A stretch of DNA of 64,000 nucleotides from Candidatus Poribacteria bacterium. GTDB taxonomy: Bacteria > Poribacteria > WGA-4E > WGA-3G. Location: contig CAXXUA010000005.1 of the NCBI GenBank assembly GCA_963663765.2, forward strand, positions 96,001-160,000. Reading direction: 5' to 3'. The notes under the pieces are model-generated. The model was not told the DNA's origin. It did no database searches and saw only the letters and a program-made list of their open reading frames with translations. The position numbers and the translations under genes were made by a program. Below, piece by piece: positions 20,320 to 31,947 of this stretch; within the stretch, counting starts at the first letter, position 1; each line of letters starts with the position of its first letter.

Positions 20320-21050
20320 CAATTCTCCCATATTACCCTAATTTTTTATTTTTCAAAACTCTGACTTATTTTAACCATTGCGGTGTAAGATGTCAAGAGA
20401 CAATTGTTTAATGCACTTTTTAGGTATTACCATCATAACTGTTGAACTAAACGAAATAATTCATAAATAAGTTGACTAGTTGACTATTAAATGAATAAAA
20501 AATGAAAAACAGTACATTTTTACTTGACAAACGTTAATTTTAAATGTTATTATATACTTAACACTATTATTAATTGTCAGCACTTATTCCAATAGACATA
20601 CATGAACTCACAAAAATGCATCCAAAATAAAAGTTTTTCAATAATACATTTCTTCAAAAATAGACAAATTATCAGAGAAAGCAAAAAGTTACACATGATG
20701 AAAATTAATTTTATTAAAAATCTACAAAATTAGCTATAATCCCTTACAGTAACTGGGTTTATATCCAATTTCAAAAGTTACTAAAAAAACGAAAAAAGTG
20801 TCCATTTGAAAACTTTTTGGAATGTGCAATGTTCCCGCCTAATTTAAGTTAGCTTGACAGAATCGCGGATTACGCAGTGGTGGGGAGACGGAATCCGTGT
20901 AATCCGCGATTACATACCCAACTCCACCAAATCCGCTATTTTATACACACCACACCATCAAATAAAACAAACTTGAAAAAATGTCCTTTTTAAGGTATAA
21001 TATTAAGATACCGATATGTTGTAGAGCAATAATTTTGCTCAGGGAGTTTT

Positions 21051-22535
21051 GTGTTGAGGTGGAAACGGAGTATTACTTCTATATATCCAACTGGTCGGTT
21101 GATGCTCAGTTATTTCGCTGTAGGCGTAGGTATATTAATTCTTATATTTACCTATTATACACGTCAAATCACGAATCTGAATGCAGACATTGAAGCACAA
21201 ATTGAGATCTTTGTGAATCTTGCCGCAGAAATACCAAGTATTGAAGACCGCACCCTGCAACAACGCCTCCTAACAGTCATGAGGAAAGAACTATATGCTG
21301 AAAATAGATCAAGGCGGTTTTCATTTATTATCACCGATGCAGTTGGAAAAGTGGAAATTTCGCAAGGAATTGAGAAGAAATTAGACGCTAAAGTCAACGA
21401 AAGCAATACAGTAACGTTTACAAAAAATGAGAAAGAACTCCTAACAGCAACATTAGAACGGATGAAAAACAAGAATCAGCAACGAAAAATACCGTTCCTA
21501 AAAGAAGATAGACAAATTACTGGATACTTTTACTACGGAGACGCTGCACCCAGTGAAATGGCACAACTCCCATTTGCAATCACTGATACTGAAAAGACAC
21601 CACAAAAATGGCAAATGTGGAACGATGTCATCACTAACGAAAACGCTACACCTGAACAGAGAGAACGCGCAAACACCTTTGTCCAAAATTCGCCAGCATT
21701 CGCAGCTCTACAAACAACGCCAGATTGGCAAGATGGATATTTCTATTACGAAATAAAATCATTTTATGGACTGCTAATAACACCCGTTGTATTATCTATT
21801 GTATTGTCTATTTTCGCTTTCGCGTCTATACTCATCTACCGACAGATAAAATCTTATGAACATGCAGCGATTTGGGGTGGACTGGCAAAAGAAACCGCAC
21901 ACCAACTCGGAACACCCATCTCAGCATTATTAGCATGGACCGAGCTCTTAAACGAACGAAGTAAAGAAACTGAAGACGATGTACTCGCTGAACTCGCTGA
22001 AAACATGCACAGCGACTTACAACGTCTACAAAATACCACAACACGATTCGGATTGATCGGCACAGAACCCACAAAAAGTGAGACCAACCTAAAGGAAGTA
22101 CTTGATGAAGTTCTCACTTATTTTGAACGCAGACTACCACAAATCAGCCGAAACATTGAAATCAAAGTTATGCCAAATGAGATTCCCACAATTAATGCAA
22201 ATGCACATTTACTTCAGTGGGTTTTTGAGAACTTAATCCGAAATTCTTTGGATGCATTCAAAAAAGAACAAGGATATATCAGAATTGAACCGAATTATGA
22301 TAAAAGACAAAAACAGGTCATTATCAGATATTCGGACAACGGTTGCGGGATACCCACTGAAAAACAACGCGTTATCTTTAATCCCGGCATGACTACAAAA
22401 ACACACGGATGGGGACTCGGTTTGACAATCGTACGTCGAATCGTTAACGACTATCATCACGGAAATATCAGGTTAATCAATAGCACCCCTGATGGAACAA
22501 CATTTGAAATTCGCTTACCGTCCAAAGCCTCTTAG
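21051..22535 (+). CDS. Membrane sensor histidine kinase
   Basis: Two TM segments, H-box ETAHQLGTP, ENLIRNS, DNGCG and GWGLGL. Promoter TTGAAA-N17-TATAAT at 20973-21001. Confidence 0.92.
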   Translation: MLRWKRSITSIYPTGRLMLSYFAVGVGILILIFTYYTRQITNLNADIEAQIEIFVNLAAEIPSIEDRTLQQRLLTVMRKELYAENRSRRFSFIITDAVGKVEISQGIEKKLDAKVNESNTVTFTKNEKELLTATLERMKNKNQQRKIPFLKEDRQITGYFYYGDAAPSEMAQLPFAITDTEKTPQKWQMWNDVITNENATPEQRERANTFVQNSPAFAALQTTPDWQDGYFYYEIKSFYGLLITPVVLSIVLSIFAFASILIYRQIKSYEHAAIWGGLAKETAHQLGTPISALLAWTELLNERSKETEDDVLAELAENMHSDLQRLQNTTTRFGLIGTEPTKSETNLKEVLDEVLTYFERRLPQISRNIEIKVMPNEIPTINANAHLLQWVFENLIRNSLDAFKKEQGYIRIEPNYDKRQKQVIIRYSDNGCGIPTEKQRVIFNPGMTTKTHGWGLGLTIVRRIVNDYHHGNIRLINSTPDGTTFEIRLPSKAS

Positions 22536-22553
22536 CCTATAATAGGAACAGTT

Positions 22554-24128
22554 ATGCACAACAAAACTCACAATGTCCTCTGGATAGATGATGAAATTGA
22601 AGCATTACTGCCACACAGACGTTTTCTTGAAAACAAAGGATATGATGTCACTCCCGCTACAAATGGTGAAGACGGTATTGAATTGCTTAAACAGAAAAAC
22701 AACTCTTATGATGCCATCCTCCTTGACCAAGTAATGCCCGGTAAAGATGGCATGGCTACACTAGACATCATTCGGACTATAAATACACAAGTTCCTGTTA
22801 TACTTGTGACACAGTCAAGTGATGACAAATTTATTGATGTCGCCCTCGGTAAACAGGTCACTGATTTTTTGGTCAAACCAATTGGAGTCGCACAGATCGC
22901 TTCCACACTCAAACGTGTACTTGAACAAAAACATATTGTAGAAAACCAAATACCAGGACGATACACTAACGACTTTAATACAATTACTAATCTCAAAGCA
23001 TCTCAACCAAGTTGGCAAGATTGGATTGATATATACGTCAAATTACTTCAATGGGAACTACTTTCTGATAAATTAACTGAACAGGGTTTAGAAGAAACGC
23101 ACTTAGAGCAAAAAAAAGAATGCAATTCCGAATTCTCTGATTTCGTAGATACAAATTACCCTGAATGGGTCAACGGCACGAAAGATAGACCCCCATTGTC
23201 TGTTGATGTATTAGACCAACACGTGATGCCTCTACTTCAAGCAAATGTTCCAACCTATTTTATTGTCGTCGACTGCTTCAGACTAGATCATTGGATGGCA
23301 ATAGAACCCTTGCTCTACCCCTATTTCTCAATCGATCTAAACTATAGTTTTTCGATTCTACCAAGCGCTACGATGTATTCACGAAACGCACTATTTAGCG
23401 GGTTGTTCCCCGCTGAAATCGCAAAAGACTATCCACAATATTGGCAGGAGAAATCAGACGGAGGCACAAGCACAAACCAATTTGAACGACAACTGCTTGA
23501 AGAATACTTGAAAAGAAACGGAATCAGGATAAAACCTGGAGTACAATATTTCAAAATATTTGATATACGCGGAGGAATTGAATACAAAAAGCGGCTCGCT
23601 TCAGCAACACGCATCGGTTTATCAACTTTAGTTGTAAACTTCATTGACATTCTTACACATCAACGATCACAATCAGAAGTCTTACAACAACTCGCACCAG
23701 ATGAACCCGCATTTCGCGCATTAGCACGATCATGGTTCGCACACTCAGCACTGTATGATATACTACGTCAAATTGCTGACCAAGGTGCTCACGTAGTACT
23801 CACCGCAGACCACGGCTCAGAATTCTGCAATAGAGCTACACGTGCATACGGTAATCGAGACACAAGCACAAGCCTTCGCTTCAAAATTGGGAATAACCTA
23901 GCATGCGACCAAAATCAAGCTGTATACATTCCTAATCCAAAGGAATATAAACTACCAGCTGAAAACGCAAGCAAAGATTATATTCTCGCAAAAGACGATT
24001 ATTACTTCGTCTATCCAAACGACTTCTATAAATACAAGCGGCAGTTTCAAGGGGGATTCCAACACGGCGGAATATCATTAGGAGAAATGATAACACCCGT
24101 CGCAACACTAACACCAAGGAAAAATTAA
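22554..24128 (+). CDS. PorX-like response regulator (REC plus PglZ/alkaline-phosphatase domain)
   Basis: LWIDDE, LLDQVMPG and KP in REC. VVDCFRLDHW, ILPSATMYSRNA, TADHG and FQHGGIS in PglZ. Confidence 0.88.
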   Translation: MHNKTHNVLWIDDEIEALLPHRRFLENKGYDVTPATNGEDGIELLKQKNNSYDAILLDQVMPGKDGMATLDIIRTINTQVPVILVTQSSDDKFIDVALGKQVTDFLVKPIGVAQIASTLKRVLEQKHIVENQIPGRYTNDFNTITNLKASQPSWQDWIDIYVKLLQWELLSDKLTEQGLEETHLEQKKECNSEFSDFVDTNYPEWVNGTKDRPPLSVDVLDQHVMPLLQANVPTYFIVVDCFRLDHWMAIEPLLYPYFSIDLNYSFSILPSATMYSRNALFSGLFPAEIAKDYPQYWQEKSDGGTSTNQFERQLLEEYLKRNGIRIKPGVQYFKIFDIRGGIEYKKRLASATRIGLSTLVVNFIDILTHQRSQSEVLQQLAPDEPAFRALARSWFAHSALYDILRQIADQGAHVVLTADHGSEFCNRATRAYGNRDTSTSLRFKIGNNLACDQNQAVYIPNPKEYKLPAENASKDYILAKDDYYFVYPNDFYKYKRQFQGGFQHGGISLGEMITPVATLTPRKN

Positions 24129-24372
24129 TCTGCTATCACCAATCCATATATGGATTGAATTGGCAATCTTAAGCATAGAAAAATTATGGTAGATAACCTT
24201 ATGTATATGTATTCCCTCAATATCAAGGAGTCAATAGGTTTAGATTTCAACTCTCAACTGAAATTGAACTCTCAAATACCTATCCTACTAAAACTTCCGC
24301 TTTTTCAATTGACAGACTTTTTTTACCGAGATGCTTTTCAAAGTAAAAGCATGATAGGAGGATATACTAATA

Positions 24373-25920
24373 ATGGAAAAGGAGATACTTATTTCTGACG
24401 ATGAGTATGAAACAAGATGTGCTGTTCTTGAAAAAGGAATACTCAATGAAATTCACATTGAACGAAAAGCGACAAAAACAGTATTAGGAAATCTATATAA
24501 AGGACGCGTTGAAAACGTCCTACCCGGCATGCAAGTCGCTTTCGTTGATATTGGTTTAGAACGACACGCTTTTCTACATATTTCTGACCTAAAATATAAT
24601 AATTCCGAAAATGGGAATTCGGACGACGGTTTGCCAACTTTAGATATGCAGGCAACACCAACAAAAAAATCAAGGGGAGGAAGAGGATTCCCATTCCTCA
24701 TTACCGATCTCATCTCAAAAAATCAGGAACTATTGGTACAAGTTGGAAAAGAACCTATCGGAAGCAAAGGAGCACGGGTTACAAGCAATATAACCTTACC
24801 CGGACGCTATGTTGTTTACCTGCCGAACTCAACTACTATCGGTGTGTCACGCCGAATTGAGTCTGAAACCGAACGTGACAGATTGCGCGACTTAGCACAA
24901 AAATTAAAAGCTGACGTTGAAGGCGGGTTTATTATACGAACCGCAGCTGAAGGCTTGAGCGAAGATGAATTCGCAACAGAAATCCAATCTCTGTTCAATC
25001 AATGGAAACAAGTCAGAGAACGCGCAAAACGAAAAGGCGCTCCTATACTAATTAACAGAGATGTGAGTTTCGCAAATCGAATCGTACGCGACATGCTAAC
25101 AAAGGATGTTAAGCAACTCCTCATAGATTCAAAATCCAGCTATAATGAAACAGTTGAATATGTCACATCAGTAATGCCAAACATGCTGGAGCGAATAAGT
25201 CTTTACACCGAAGACACCGCCCTTTTTAAAACCTATGGTGTAGACCAAGAATTACAACAAGCACTCGGTGAAAAAATTTGGCTCAAGTGCGGCGGCCACA
25301 TCATCATTCAGCAAACTGAGGCAATGGTCTCAATTGATGTCAACACAGGGAAATTCGTCGGAAAATCTGACCCTGACAACACAATCCTAAGCGCAAACCT
25401 TGAGGCAGTTGATGAAGTCGTCCGGCAAATTCAACTTCGCGATTTAGGCGGCATTATCGTTGTTGACTTTATTGACATGGATGAACCCGCACATCGCAAA
25501 CAGGTTTTCAAATTGCTGCAGGAAGCATTACGCAAAGACAAAGCACGCACCAATATCCTTCGATTTTCAGATTTAGGACTCGTGGAAATGACCCGACAAC
25601 GTACACGCCAAAGCTTATCCACATTGCTTACAGAACAGTGTCCATACTGTGAAGGACATGGCACTGTTTTATCAATAGAAACTGTAGTTATCGGATTGTT
25701 GCGAACTATAAAAAGGGCATACCAACATACTCGCCAATCCAAATTGCGAATTATAGCGAATGATCAAATCGTGTCACATCTAAACGCACAAATGTCCGAA
25801 AAATTACGAGAACTGAAAAGATCATTAAAACTGCAATTAACACTTGAACCCGACGCGGACCTACATCTTGAAGACTACAGAATCTTCGCCGCAAACGGTG
25901 AAGAACTGTACTTGGATTAA
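24373..25920 (+). CDS. rng: Rne/Rng-family ribonuclease
   Basis: S1 domain PGMQVAFVDIG, IDVNTG, GGIIVVDFIDM and the CPYC Zn link. Confidence 0.93.
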   Translation: MEKEILISDDEYETRCAVLEKGILNEIHIERKATKTVLGNLYKGRVENVLPGMQVAFVDIGLERHAFLHISDLKYNNSENGNSDDGLPTLDMQATPTKKSRGGRGFPFLITDLISKNQELLVQVGKEPIGSKGARVTSNITLPGRYVVYLPNSTTIGVSRRIESETERDRLRDLAQKLKADVEGGFIIRTAAEGLSEDEFATEIQSLFNQWKQVRERAKRKGAPILINRDVSFANRIVRDMLTKDVKQLLIDSKSSYNETVEYVTSVMPNMLERISLYTEDTALFKTYGVDQELQQALGEKIWLKCGGHIIIQQTEAMVSIDVNTGKFVGKSDPDNTILSANLEAVDEVVRQIQLRDLGGIIVVDFIDMDEPAHRKQVFKLLQEALRKDKARTNILRFSDLGLVEMTRQRTRQSLSTLLTEQCPYCEGHGTVLSIETVVIGLLRTIKRAYQHTRQSKLRIIANDQIVSHLNAQMSEKLRELKRSLKLQLTLEPDADLHLEDYRIFAANGEELYLD

Positions 25921-25945
25921 CATCAACAACTCTGTCAAAAAGACT

Positions 25946-26103
25946 GGGCTATTTAGTTTTCCTAATTTTTGGATTTATGAAAAAGAAACCCCGCGGCAGG
26001 AACGACTCGGGGAATGCCAAAAGGCATTCATACCGTTGATTTCTTGATTTACCAGTCACGATTTTCTCAGAAAACGGGTAAAATGGGTAAAACTGAATAA
26101 CCC
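25946..26103. mobile_element. MITE (TIR GGGYTATTYAGTTT) with 13-bp TSD
   Basis: TGTCAAAAAGACT at 25933-25945 and 26104-26116. Micro-element inside at 26010. Related shell at about 59627-59913. Confidence 0.8.
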
Positions 26104-26115
26104 TGTCAAAAAGAC

Positions 26116-26144
26116 TTGACTTTTAACACAAAATGTGGCATTAT
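26116..26144 (+). promoter_or_regulatory. Sigma70 promoter of rplU-rpmA
   Basis: TTGACT-N17-CATTAT with extended TG. Confidence 0.55.
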
Positions 26145-26296
26145 ATAATTATCCGAATAGCAAAAAATGGTCGAATAGGTGCGTCCAATGCTCTTTTGAC
26201 ATCTCTCTATTGCACAACACCATAGGGTATAAAATTAAAAATAGATAATCCCGCTAAATTCATAGGATTTCTACACCTAAAAGGAGTGAAAACAAA

Positions 26297-26659
26297 ATGT
26301 ATGCAGTATTTGCAAGCGGTGGGAAACAGCATCGCGTTGAGGTCGGCAGCCTCATAGATTTAGAAAAATTAGACAGTACTGTCGGTGAAACAGTCACATT
26401 TCCCTCCGTTTTAGCGATTGCCGGTGATGACGGTCAACTCCAAACAGGTACTCCCTATCTGGAAAACATGTCCGTCACAGGGGAAGTCGTTCAGCAAGGA
26501 CGTGCGAAAAAGATCATCGTCTTCAAGTCTAAACGCAGAAAAGGATATAAACGCAAATTAGGACACCGTCAATCATTTACACGAATTAAAATTACCGCAA
26601 TCGATGGTCAGAATAATACCACGGTTGAGGCAGAGGAGGTTGAAGCCAATGGCACATAA
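26297..26659 (+). CDS. rplU: 50S ribosomal protein L21
   Basis: [11 protein letters not shown] and GHRQSFT motifs; AAGGAG SD. Confidence 0.97.
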   Translation: MYAVFASGGKQHRVEVGSLIDLEKLDSTVGETVTFPSVLAIAGDDGQLQTGTPYLENMSVTGEVVQQGRAKKIIVFKSKRRKGYKRKLGHRQSFTRIKITAIDGQNNTTVEAEEVEANGT

Positions 26660-26915
26660 GAAAGGTGGCGGAAGTACACGTAACGGTCGTGACAGTATCG
26701 GTAAACGGTTGGGTGTCAAAAGGTTTTCTGGAAACTACGTTTCAGCAGGAAGCATTCTTGTCAGGCAACGCGGATCACATTTACACGCAGGTAACAACGT
26801 AGGCACCGGCAGAGACTATACGCTCTTCTCAAAAATTGATGGGTATGTCTGGTTTGAACGAAAAGACAAATACCGTCGCAAGGTGAGTGTCTACACTGAA
26901 CGTCCCGCGTTCTAA
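26649..26915 (+). CDS. rpmA: 50S ribosomal protein L27
   Basis: [16 protein letters not shown]. True start at 26649 overlaps the rplU end. Confidence 0.97.
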   Translation: MAHKKGGGSTRNGRDSIGKRLGVKRFSGNYVSAGSILVRQRGSHLHAGNNVGTGRDYTLFSKIDGYVWFERKDKYRRKVSVYTERPAF

Positions 26916-26928
26916 TAGACCCCTTTGG

Positions 26929-26956
26929 AAAGCCTCACCTTGTGTGGGGCTTTTTT
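26929..26956 (+). terminator. Rho-independent terminator
   Basis: AAAGCCTCAC-cttgt-GTGGGGCTTTTTT. Confidence 0.85.
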
Positions 26957-27036
26957 GCTTATGACACAAAACTAAATTACCTCGTGCTTTACGATTTTTT
27001 CAGGACAGCGCATACTTTAACAATAAGGAAAATAAC

Positions 27037-27441
27037 GTGAAATGGATAATCCCACTTCTAATATCAATTGTTCTATTGGGATGTAGCAATAAACGAGTCC
27101 AACAGTTGGCAATTGAAACGATGGAAAACGCTCAAGTTAGCATTAAATCTGCCGAAAACGTCGGTGCACACGACGTCGCTACCAATGAGTTAAACGCTGC
27201 TCTGGAAATGCTTACCAGAGCGGACTCTGCATTGCGATCCGGAGACGCAGAACGCACTTACAGATTAGCATTACGAGCATATCTTCATGCACGAATTGCT
27301 ACTGAAAAATCATTAGCTGTCCGACAAGAATCACAAGTTCAAGAAGCACAAGCGGCATTAGAACTACAACAACAAGCAACGACAGAAATTCAAAACAACT
27401 TACAAACTCTCAAAGCAGAACGCGACGCACAAATGAAATGA
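27037..27441 (+). CDS. DUF4398-like lipoprotein
   Basis: Lipobox LLGC. Ala-rich helix pattern typical of genes paired with OmpA-domain proteins. Confidence 0.75.
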   Translation: MKWIIPLLISIVLLGCSNKRVQQLAIETMENAQVSIKSAENVGAHDVATNELNAALEMLTRADSALRSGDAERTYRLALRAYLHARIATEKSLAVRQESQVQEAQAALELQQQATTEIQNNLQTLKAERDAQMK

Positions 27442-27453
27442 GGGATAGTATAT

Positions 27454-29121
27454 ATGCGATTTCTTGCATGGTTTCTTCTCTTATCGTGTCTCATCAGTTA
27501 CGGATGCTCACCTCTTGAAATTGATATCGTCATCTTAGAGACACAACTCCAACATGGACAAAAGGCAATTGACAACGCAACAGCTTTAGGTGCAGCACAA
27601 TTAGCAATTCAAGAATACAGTGATGCTAACAAACTCCTAAAATTTGCAAAACAAGCTAAAGAACGCGGAGACATGGCACAAAGCATGGAATTTGCAAATC
27701 AAGCTGAACTCTCCGCACAAATCGCTTTATACAAGACAAAACAACATCAAGCGCGAACTCAATTAAACAATATCCGTGAACAGATGTACCAAGAGCAGAT
27801 AACACAAAAAGACTATGAAATAGAAATGGTGAAAATCCGCAATGAGATGAAATCTTATGAAAATACCCAAGTTTCAAAAGAAATTGAATCTGAAAAACAG
27901 CGCGTAAACTCACTCACTGCGGATCTCACAGAAACAAATAACGCTTTACGACACGCTGAAATTAGTCTGCCAATCTTTGGGGCAAATATATACCTAACTA
28001 TTGCTAAAAATACCTATCCTGAAATTGAAGGGACTGCATACTATGAACGGATTCAATCAATAATCGACAAAGCAACAACACAACTTAACCAAAAAGAATT
28101 CAAAGAAGCGGAAAAAACATCAAAAGATGCCGAAACACAAGCAAAAAACCTTTACGAATTAGCAATTCAACTTCAGAAAACTCGTAACAATGCCGAAATA
28201 GCTGCGCTTATAACAATTGAACGTGCACAGCTTAAAGTCAAACGCGCAGAATCTCTCAATGCTGCCACACACGACCCAGAACAATACCAACAAGCACAAA
28301 ACCAATTGGAAAGCGCTAAAAAGGAATTGCAAGAAAACCTTTTTGAAAAAGCAAAGCAATCTGCAACAGCTGTTGAACAGATAGCAGATAAGGTCATTAC
28401 TACATCAGAAATAGCAGAATTTCGTAAACGCGCACAACAGGAACTTGCAGTAAAAATCAAAAGAGCAAATGAATCTGTCGCATCAGTCAAAGCAGCCATT
28501 ACAGAACAAACTGAAACCAAAGTTCCTCAGTTTGCACCGCAACTTTTTGAACTCGCAACTTCAGCACTCAAAACTGCCGAAGCAGCACTCGCAAAAAAGG
28601 ACTATACAGACGCAATTAATGCCGCACAACAAAGCAATGATTACCTAAAACGCGCTATCAAAAAGACTGAATTACATACTTCTGAACAAACCTCTCTGAT
28701 TGAAGTTACAAACCAAATCCCAAAGGCTGTCGTCATTGATCGTGAAGAAGGGGTACTCATTAGAATCAGCGGTAACTTATTCGCTACAACAAGCACCCGA
28801 CTAAAAGATGAGTATTTTCCAACCTTTACCAAACTCGCTGAAATTCTACTACAAGACGAGTATAAAGGCTACATCGTTAGAATTGAAGGACACAGCGATA
28901 CACTCGGTGAGGCAAGTGCAAATAAAGCACTGAGCGAAAGACGTGCAAATTCAGTCAAAACATACCTAATTGATAAAGGAAATGTCGCAGCAGAAAGACT
29001 AAACGCTGTCGGTTTAGGAGAATCACAAACTATTGACAACAATGCACAAGAAAAAAATCGTAGGATTGACATTCTTTTGGAAAAAGCTCCAAAACCTTCC
29101 AGCGAACAGACAACAGAATAA
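27454..29121 (+). CDS. Lipoprotein with repeated DUF4398-like helices and C-terminal OmpA domain
   Basis: SYGC lipobox; IEGHSD..N..LSERRANSV..YL and NRRIDI motifs. Confidence 0.88.
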   Translation: MRFLAWFLLLSCLISYGCSPLEIDIVILETQLQHGQKAIDNATALGAAQLAIQEYSDANKLLKFAKQAKERGDMAQSMEFANQAELSAQIALYKTKQHQARTQLNNIREQMYQEQITQKDYEIEMVKIRNEMKSYENTQVSKEIESEKQRVNSLTADLTETNNALRHAEISLPIFGANIYLTIAKNTYPEIEGTAYYERIQSIIDKATTQLNQKEFKEAEKTSKDAETQAKNLYELAIQLQKTRNNAEIAALITIERAQLKVKRAESLNAATHDPEQYQQAQNQLESAKKELQENLFEKAKQSATAVEQIADKVITTSEIAEFRKRAQQELAVKIKRANESVASVKAAITEQTETKVPQFAPQLFELATSALKTAEAALAKKDYTDAINAAQQSNDYLKRAIKKTELHTSEQTSLIEVTNQIPKAVVIDREEGVLIRISGNLFATTSTRLKDEYFPTFTKLAEILLQDEYKGYIVRIEGHSDTLGEASANKALSERRANSVKTYLIDKGNVAAERLNAVGLGESQTIDNNAQEKNRRIDILLEKAPKPSSEQTTE

Positions 29122-29255
29122 ACTACGACCTATCCCATAAACGGTAGGAGGGGTTTCTAACCCGGTATTACTAGACACGCAATCAGATGAATGTACACAT
29201 AATTACATTTATGTGATACGCATAATAAATACGAAAATTCGCACGAGTTACGCAA

Positions 29256-29540
29256 TTGAAAATAGACCCTTATATCGTCAACCAAATTGCACATAGCCTG
29301 TTTGGTGACCGATACATCATTATCTATGATGATACGATTCAATTCCATAATCACTGTTATCACGTCCGTACTATAGACGCAAAAGAACATGCTTACAAGG
29401 GATACTACTATCTACAGGACGCAAACAGTAATTTAGCAATGTGGGACGATGAAGTATGTGCACCGCCAGGTTACTACGGCACAATCTTTGATCCAAAAAC
29501 AGGGAACATTGTCAGACGCGAACCAATAAACGGAGAATAA
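29256..29540 (+). CDS. Hypothetical protein
   Basis: 94 aa with a TTG start, ending 2 nt before guaA. Aromatic/His-rich, protein-like composition. Confidence 0.65.
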   Translation: MKIDPYIVNQIAHSLFGDRYIIIYDDTIQFHNHCYHVRTIDAKEHAYKGYYYLQDANSNLAMWDDEVCAPPGYYGTIFDPKTGNIVRREPINGE

Positions 29541-29542
29541 CT

Positions 29543-31084
29543 ATGAAGCGAGACGGGATTGTCGTATTAGACTTTGGCTCGCAATACACGCAGCTAATTG
29601 CACGACGTATTCGGGAACAACGAGTTTACTGTGAAATCCAACCCTATACTCTATCGCTTGCAGATATAGATAAAATCCCACCCAAAGGAATTATCCTCTC
29701 AGGTGGTCCCGCAAGCGTCTATGAAGAAGATGCACCAAAGGTGGATTCTAATCTTTTCAAACTCGGCATACCCATTTTAGGCATCTGCTACGGTATGCAA
29801 CTTATCACACACCTCTTAGAAGGCGGGAAAGTCCATCCGGCAACTGAACGAGAATACGGGAATGCGCAGCTCAAAGTGAATACCTCATCTGAACCACTGT
29901 TCAAAGGACTATCATCTGAAGTCGCCGCATGGATGAGTCACGGGGACAAGATTGATAAACTACCTTATGGGTTCCACACAATCGCACATACGTCAAACTC
30001 ACCCATCGCGGCAATGGTCAACGCAGATGGCACACTTTATGGACTGCAATTTCATCCCGAAGTTGAACATACACGGGATGCAGATAAAATCCTATACAAC
30101 TTCACACGACATATTTGTGGTTGTGAACCAACTTGGACAATGGACACGTTTATTGCTCAAGCAAATGCACAAATCCGAGAAACTGTGAAGAACGAAAAAG
30201 TGTTGTGTGCAGTCAGTGGTGGTATAGATTCTATGGTATTAGCTACACTGCTTCATGAAGCAATAGGTGACGCATTATTACCCGTTTTTGTTGATAATGG
30301 TCTACTGCGCAAGAATGAAGTAGAACAAGTCTTACATACCTGCAAAACCCTCAATATAAATATAGAATTCGTAGATGCGACAGATACCTTTCTCAAAGCT
30401 TTAACAGGAGTCGTCAACCCAGAACAAAAGAGAAAAGTTATCGGCGCACAGTTCATTGAGACTTTCAGAACGAAAGTGAAGCAACTCGGTCCTTGTCGTT
30501 TTCTTGCACAAGGCACGCTCTATCCCGATGTCATTGAAAGTGTATCTACTAAGGGACCCTCTGCGACAATTAAGACCCATCATAATGTCGGCGGACTCCC
30601 ACCTGATATGCCATTTGAACTGATTGAACCATTCCGAGAACTTTTCAAAGACGAGGTACGCGCAGTCGGTGCAGAACTAAACGTCCCACACCACGTACTC
30701 GGAAGGCATCCGTTCCCTGGACCAGGACTGGCTGTCCGAATTATTGGGGAGGTAACACCAGAACGGTTAGCAGTACTGCGCTTAGCAGATGCCATTTTCA
30801 TTGACGAGATAAAGTCAGCAGGTTTATACGATGAGATATGGCAAGCATTAGCAGTACTTCTACCTGTAAAAAGTGTCGGTGTGATGGGAGATGAACGCAC
30901 CTATGAAAATGTAGTAGCACTGCGCGCCGTAACAAGCAGCGACGCAATGACAGCAGATTGGGCAAGAATCCCCGACGACGTTTTGGCAAGAATTTCCACC
31001 CGAATTATCAACGAAGTACAAGGAATCAATCGCGTAGTCTATGATATTAGCTCAAAACCACCAAGTACAATTGAATGGGAGTAA
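29543..31084 (+). CDS. guaA: GMP synthase (glutamine-hydrolysing)
   Basis: LDFGSQY, GICYGMQ, QFHPEV, SGGIDS, PFPGPGL and KPPSTIEWE motifs. Confidence 0.98.
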   Translation: MKRDGIVVLDFGSQYTQLIARRIREQRVYCEIQPYTLSLADIDKIPPKGIILSGGPASVYEEDAPKVDSNLFKLGIPILGICYGMQLITHLLEGGKVHPATEREYGNAQLKVNTSSEPLFKGLSSEVAAWMSHGDKIDKLPYGFHTIAHTSNSPIAAMVNADGTLYGLQFHPEVEHTRDADKILYNFTRHICGCEPTWTMDTFIAQANAQIRETVKNEKVLCAVSGGIDSMVLATLLHEAIGDALLPVFVDNGLLRKNEVEQVLHTCKTLNINIEFVDATDTFLKALTGVVNPEQKRKVIGAQFIETFRTKVKQLGPCRFLAQGTLYPDVIESVSTKGPSATIKTHHNVGGLPPDMPFELIEPFRELFKDEVRAVGAELNVPHHVLGRHPFPGPGLAVRIIGEVTPERLAVLRLADAIFIDEIKSAGLYDEIWQALAVLLPVKSVGVMGDERTYENVVALRAVTSSDAMTADWARIPDDVLARISTRIINEVQGINRVVYDISSKPPSTIEWE

Positions 31085-31947
31085 TTCGGGTGAGAGTCCG
31101 AAACTACACGGAAGTCGTAGATCGCATCCTTAATGCTGTTGAAAAATCTGATCAGCTGACAGTCTGGTACCAATCCTTCACTGCTCCATTCTCTAAAGAA
31201 CAAGGGGAATCATCTTACCCAGTATACTGCCTACGATACACTTCAACAGAACCAGATGCTCCGTTAATCTATATTTCTGCAGGTATCCATGGCGATGAAC
31301 TCGCAGGTGTTGAATGTGCAATTAGACTTATAGAACTTCTCTCTGATGGAACACATTGCAAATACTCTGTCTTCCCATTTGATAGATATAATTGGCTTAT
31401 CTCTCCTTGTGATAACCCTCATGGTTATGAACACAACATCCGTGAAAATCCTGATGGACAAGATCTCAATCGGATGTTTGGCGCACCGAATAGATATCCA
31501 GTAACAGCATTCATAGCAGAAACTCTCCTGCAAACACAATCTCAACACAGTAATAATAATGTGGGTAATAAGGCAACGATTGAACTTTCACTGGATTTGC
31601 ACGAAGACATAGATAGTTATGGATTCTATTTGTGGGAACGCCGAACATCTACATGTGTGCCAATTGGTGATATAGTCGTCCAAACCGTGGCGGGAATATG
31701 TCCTATCAACAAAGTAAAGATGGTTGAAGAACATCGTAACGAAAATGGTGTGATAACGCTTCTTGATAATGTTACGACCAAAGGATGGACACGTGGCAGG
31801 TATTTATCTGAGAAACTAAACGCGCGATGTCTTATTCTTGAAACACCAACACACTTGGATCTGCAAACCCGTATCAGCGTCCACATGATGGCGATCCAAA
31901 CAGCTGTAAAACACACATTCATTTCAGGAGATCACAAGAACTGTTAG
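31075..31947 (+). CDS. M14-family Zn carboxypeptidase / desuccinylase-like protein
   Basis: AGIHGDE, DLNR, DLHED and LETP motifs. Start may be the GTG near 31090. Confidence 0.85.
   Translation: MGVIRVRVRNYTEVVDRILNAVEKSDQLTVWYQSFTAPFSKEQGESSYPVYCLRYTSTEPDAPLIYISAGIHGDELAGVECAIRLIELLSDGTHCKYSVFPFDRYNWLISPCDNPHGYEHNIRENPDGQDLNRMFGAPNRYPVTAFIAETLLQTQSQHSNNNVGNKATIELSLDLHEDIDSYGFYLWERRTSTCVPIGDIVVQTVAGICPINKVKMVEEHRNENGVITLLDNVTTKGWTRGRYLSEKLNARCLILETPTHLDLQTRISVHMMAIQTAVKHTFISGDHKNC

Noticed and set aside
22554-24128. PglZ domain as a BREX defence system
   Set aside because: It is fused to REC, lies next to a kinase, and no brx/pgl genes are nearby.
26160-26290. Possible L21 leader RNA
   Set aside because: The position fits, but I could not establish the structure or consensus by eye.
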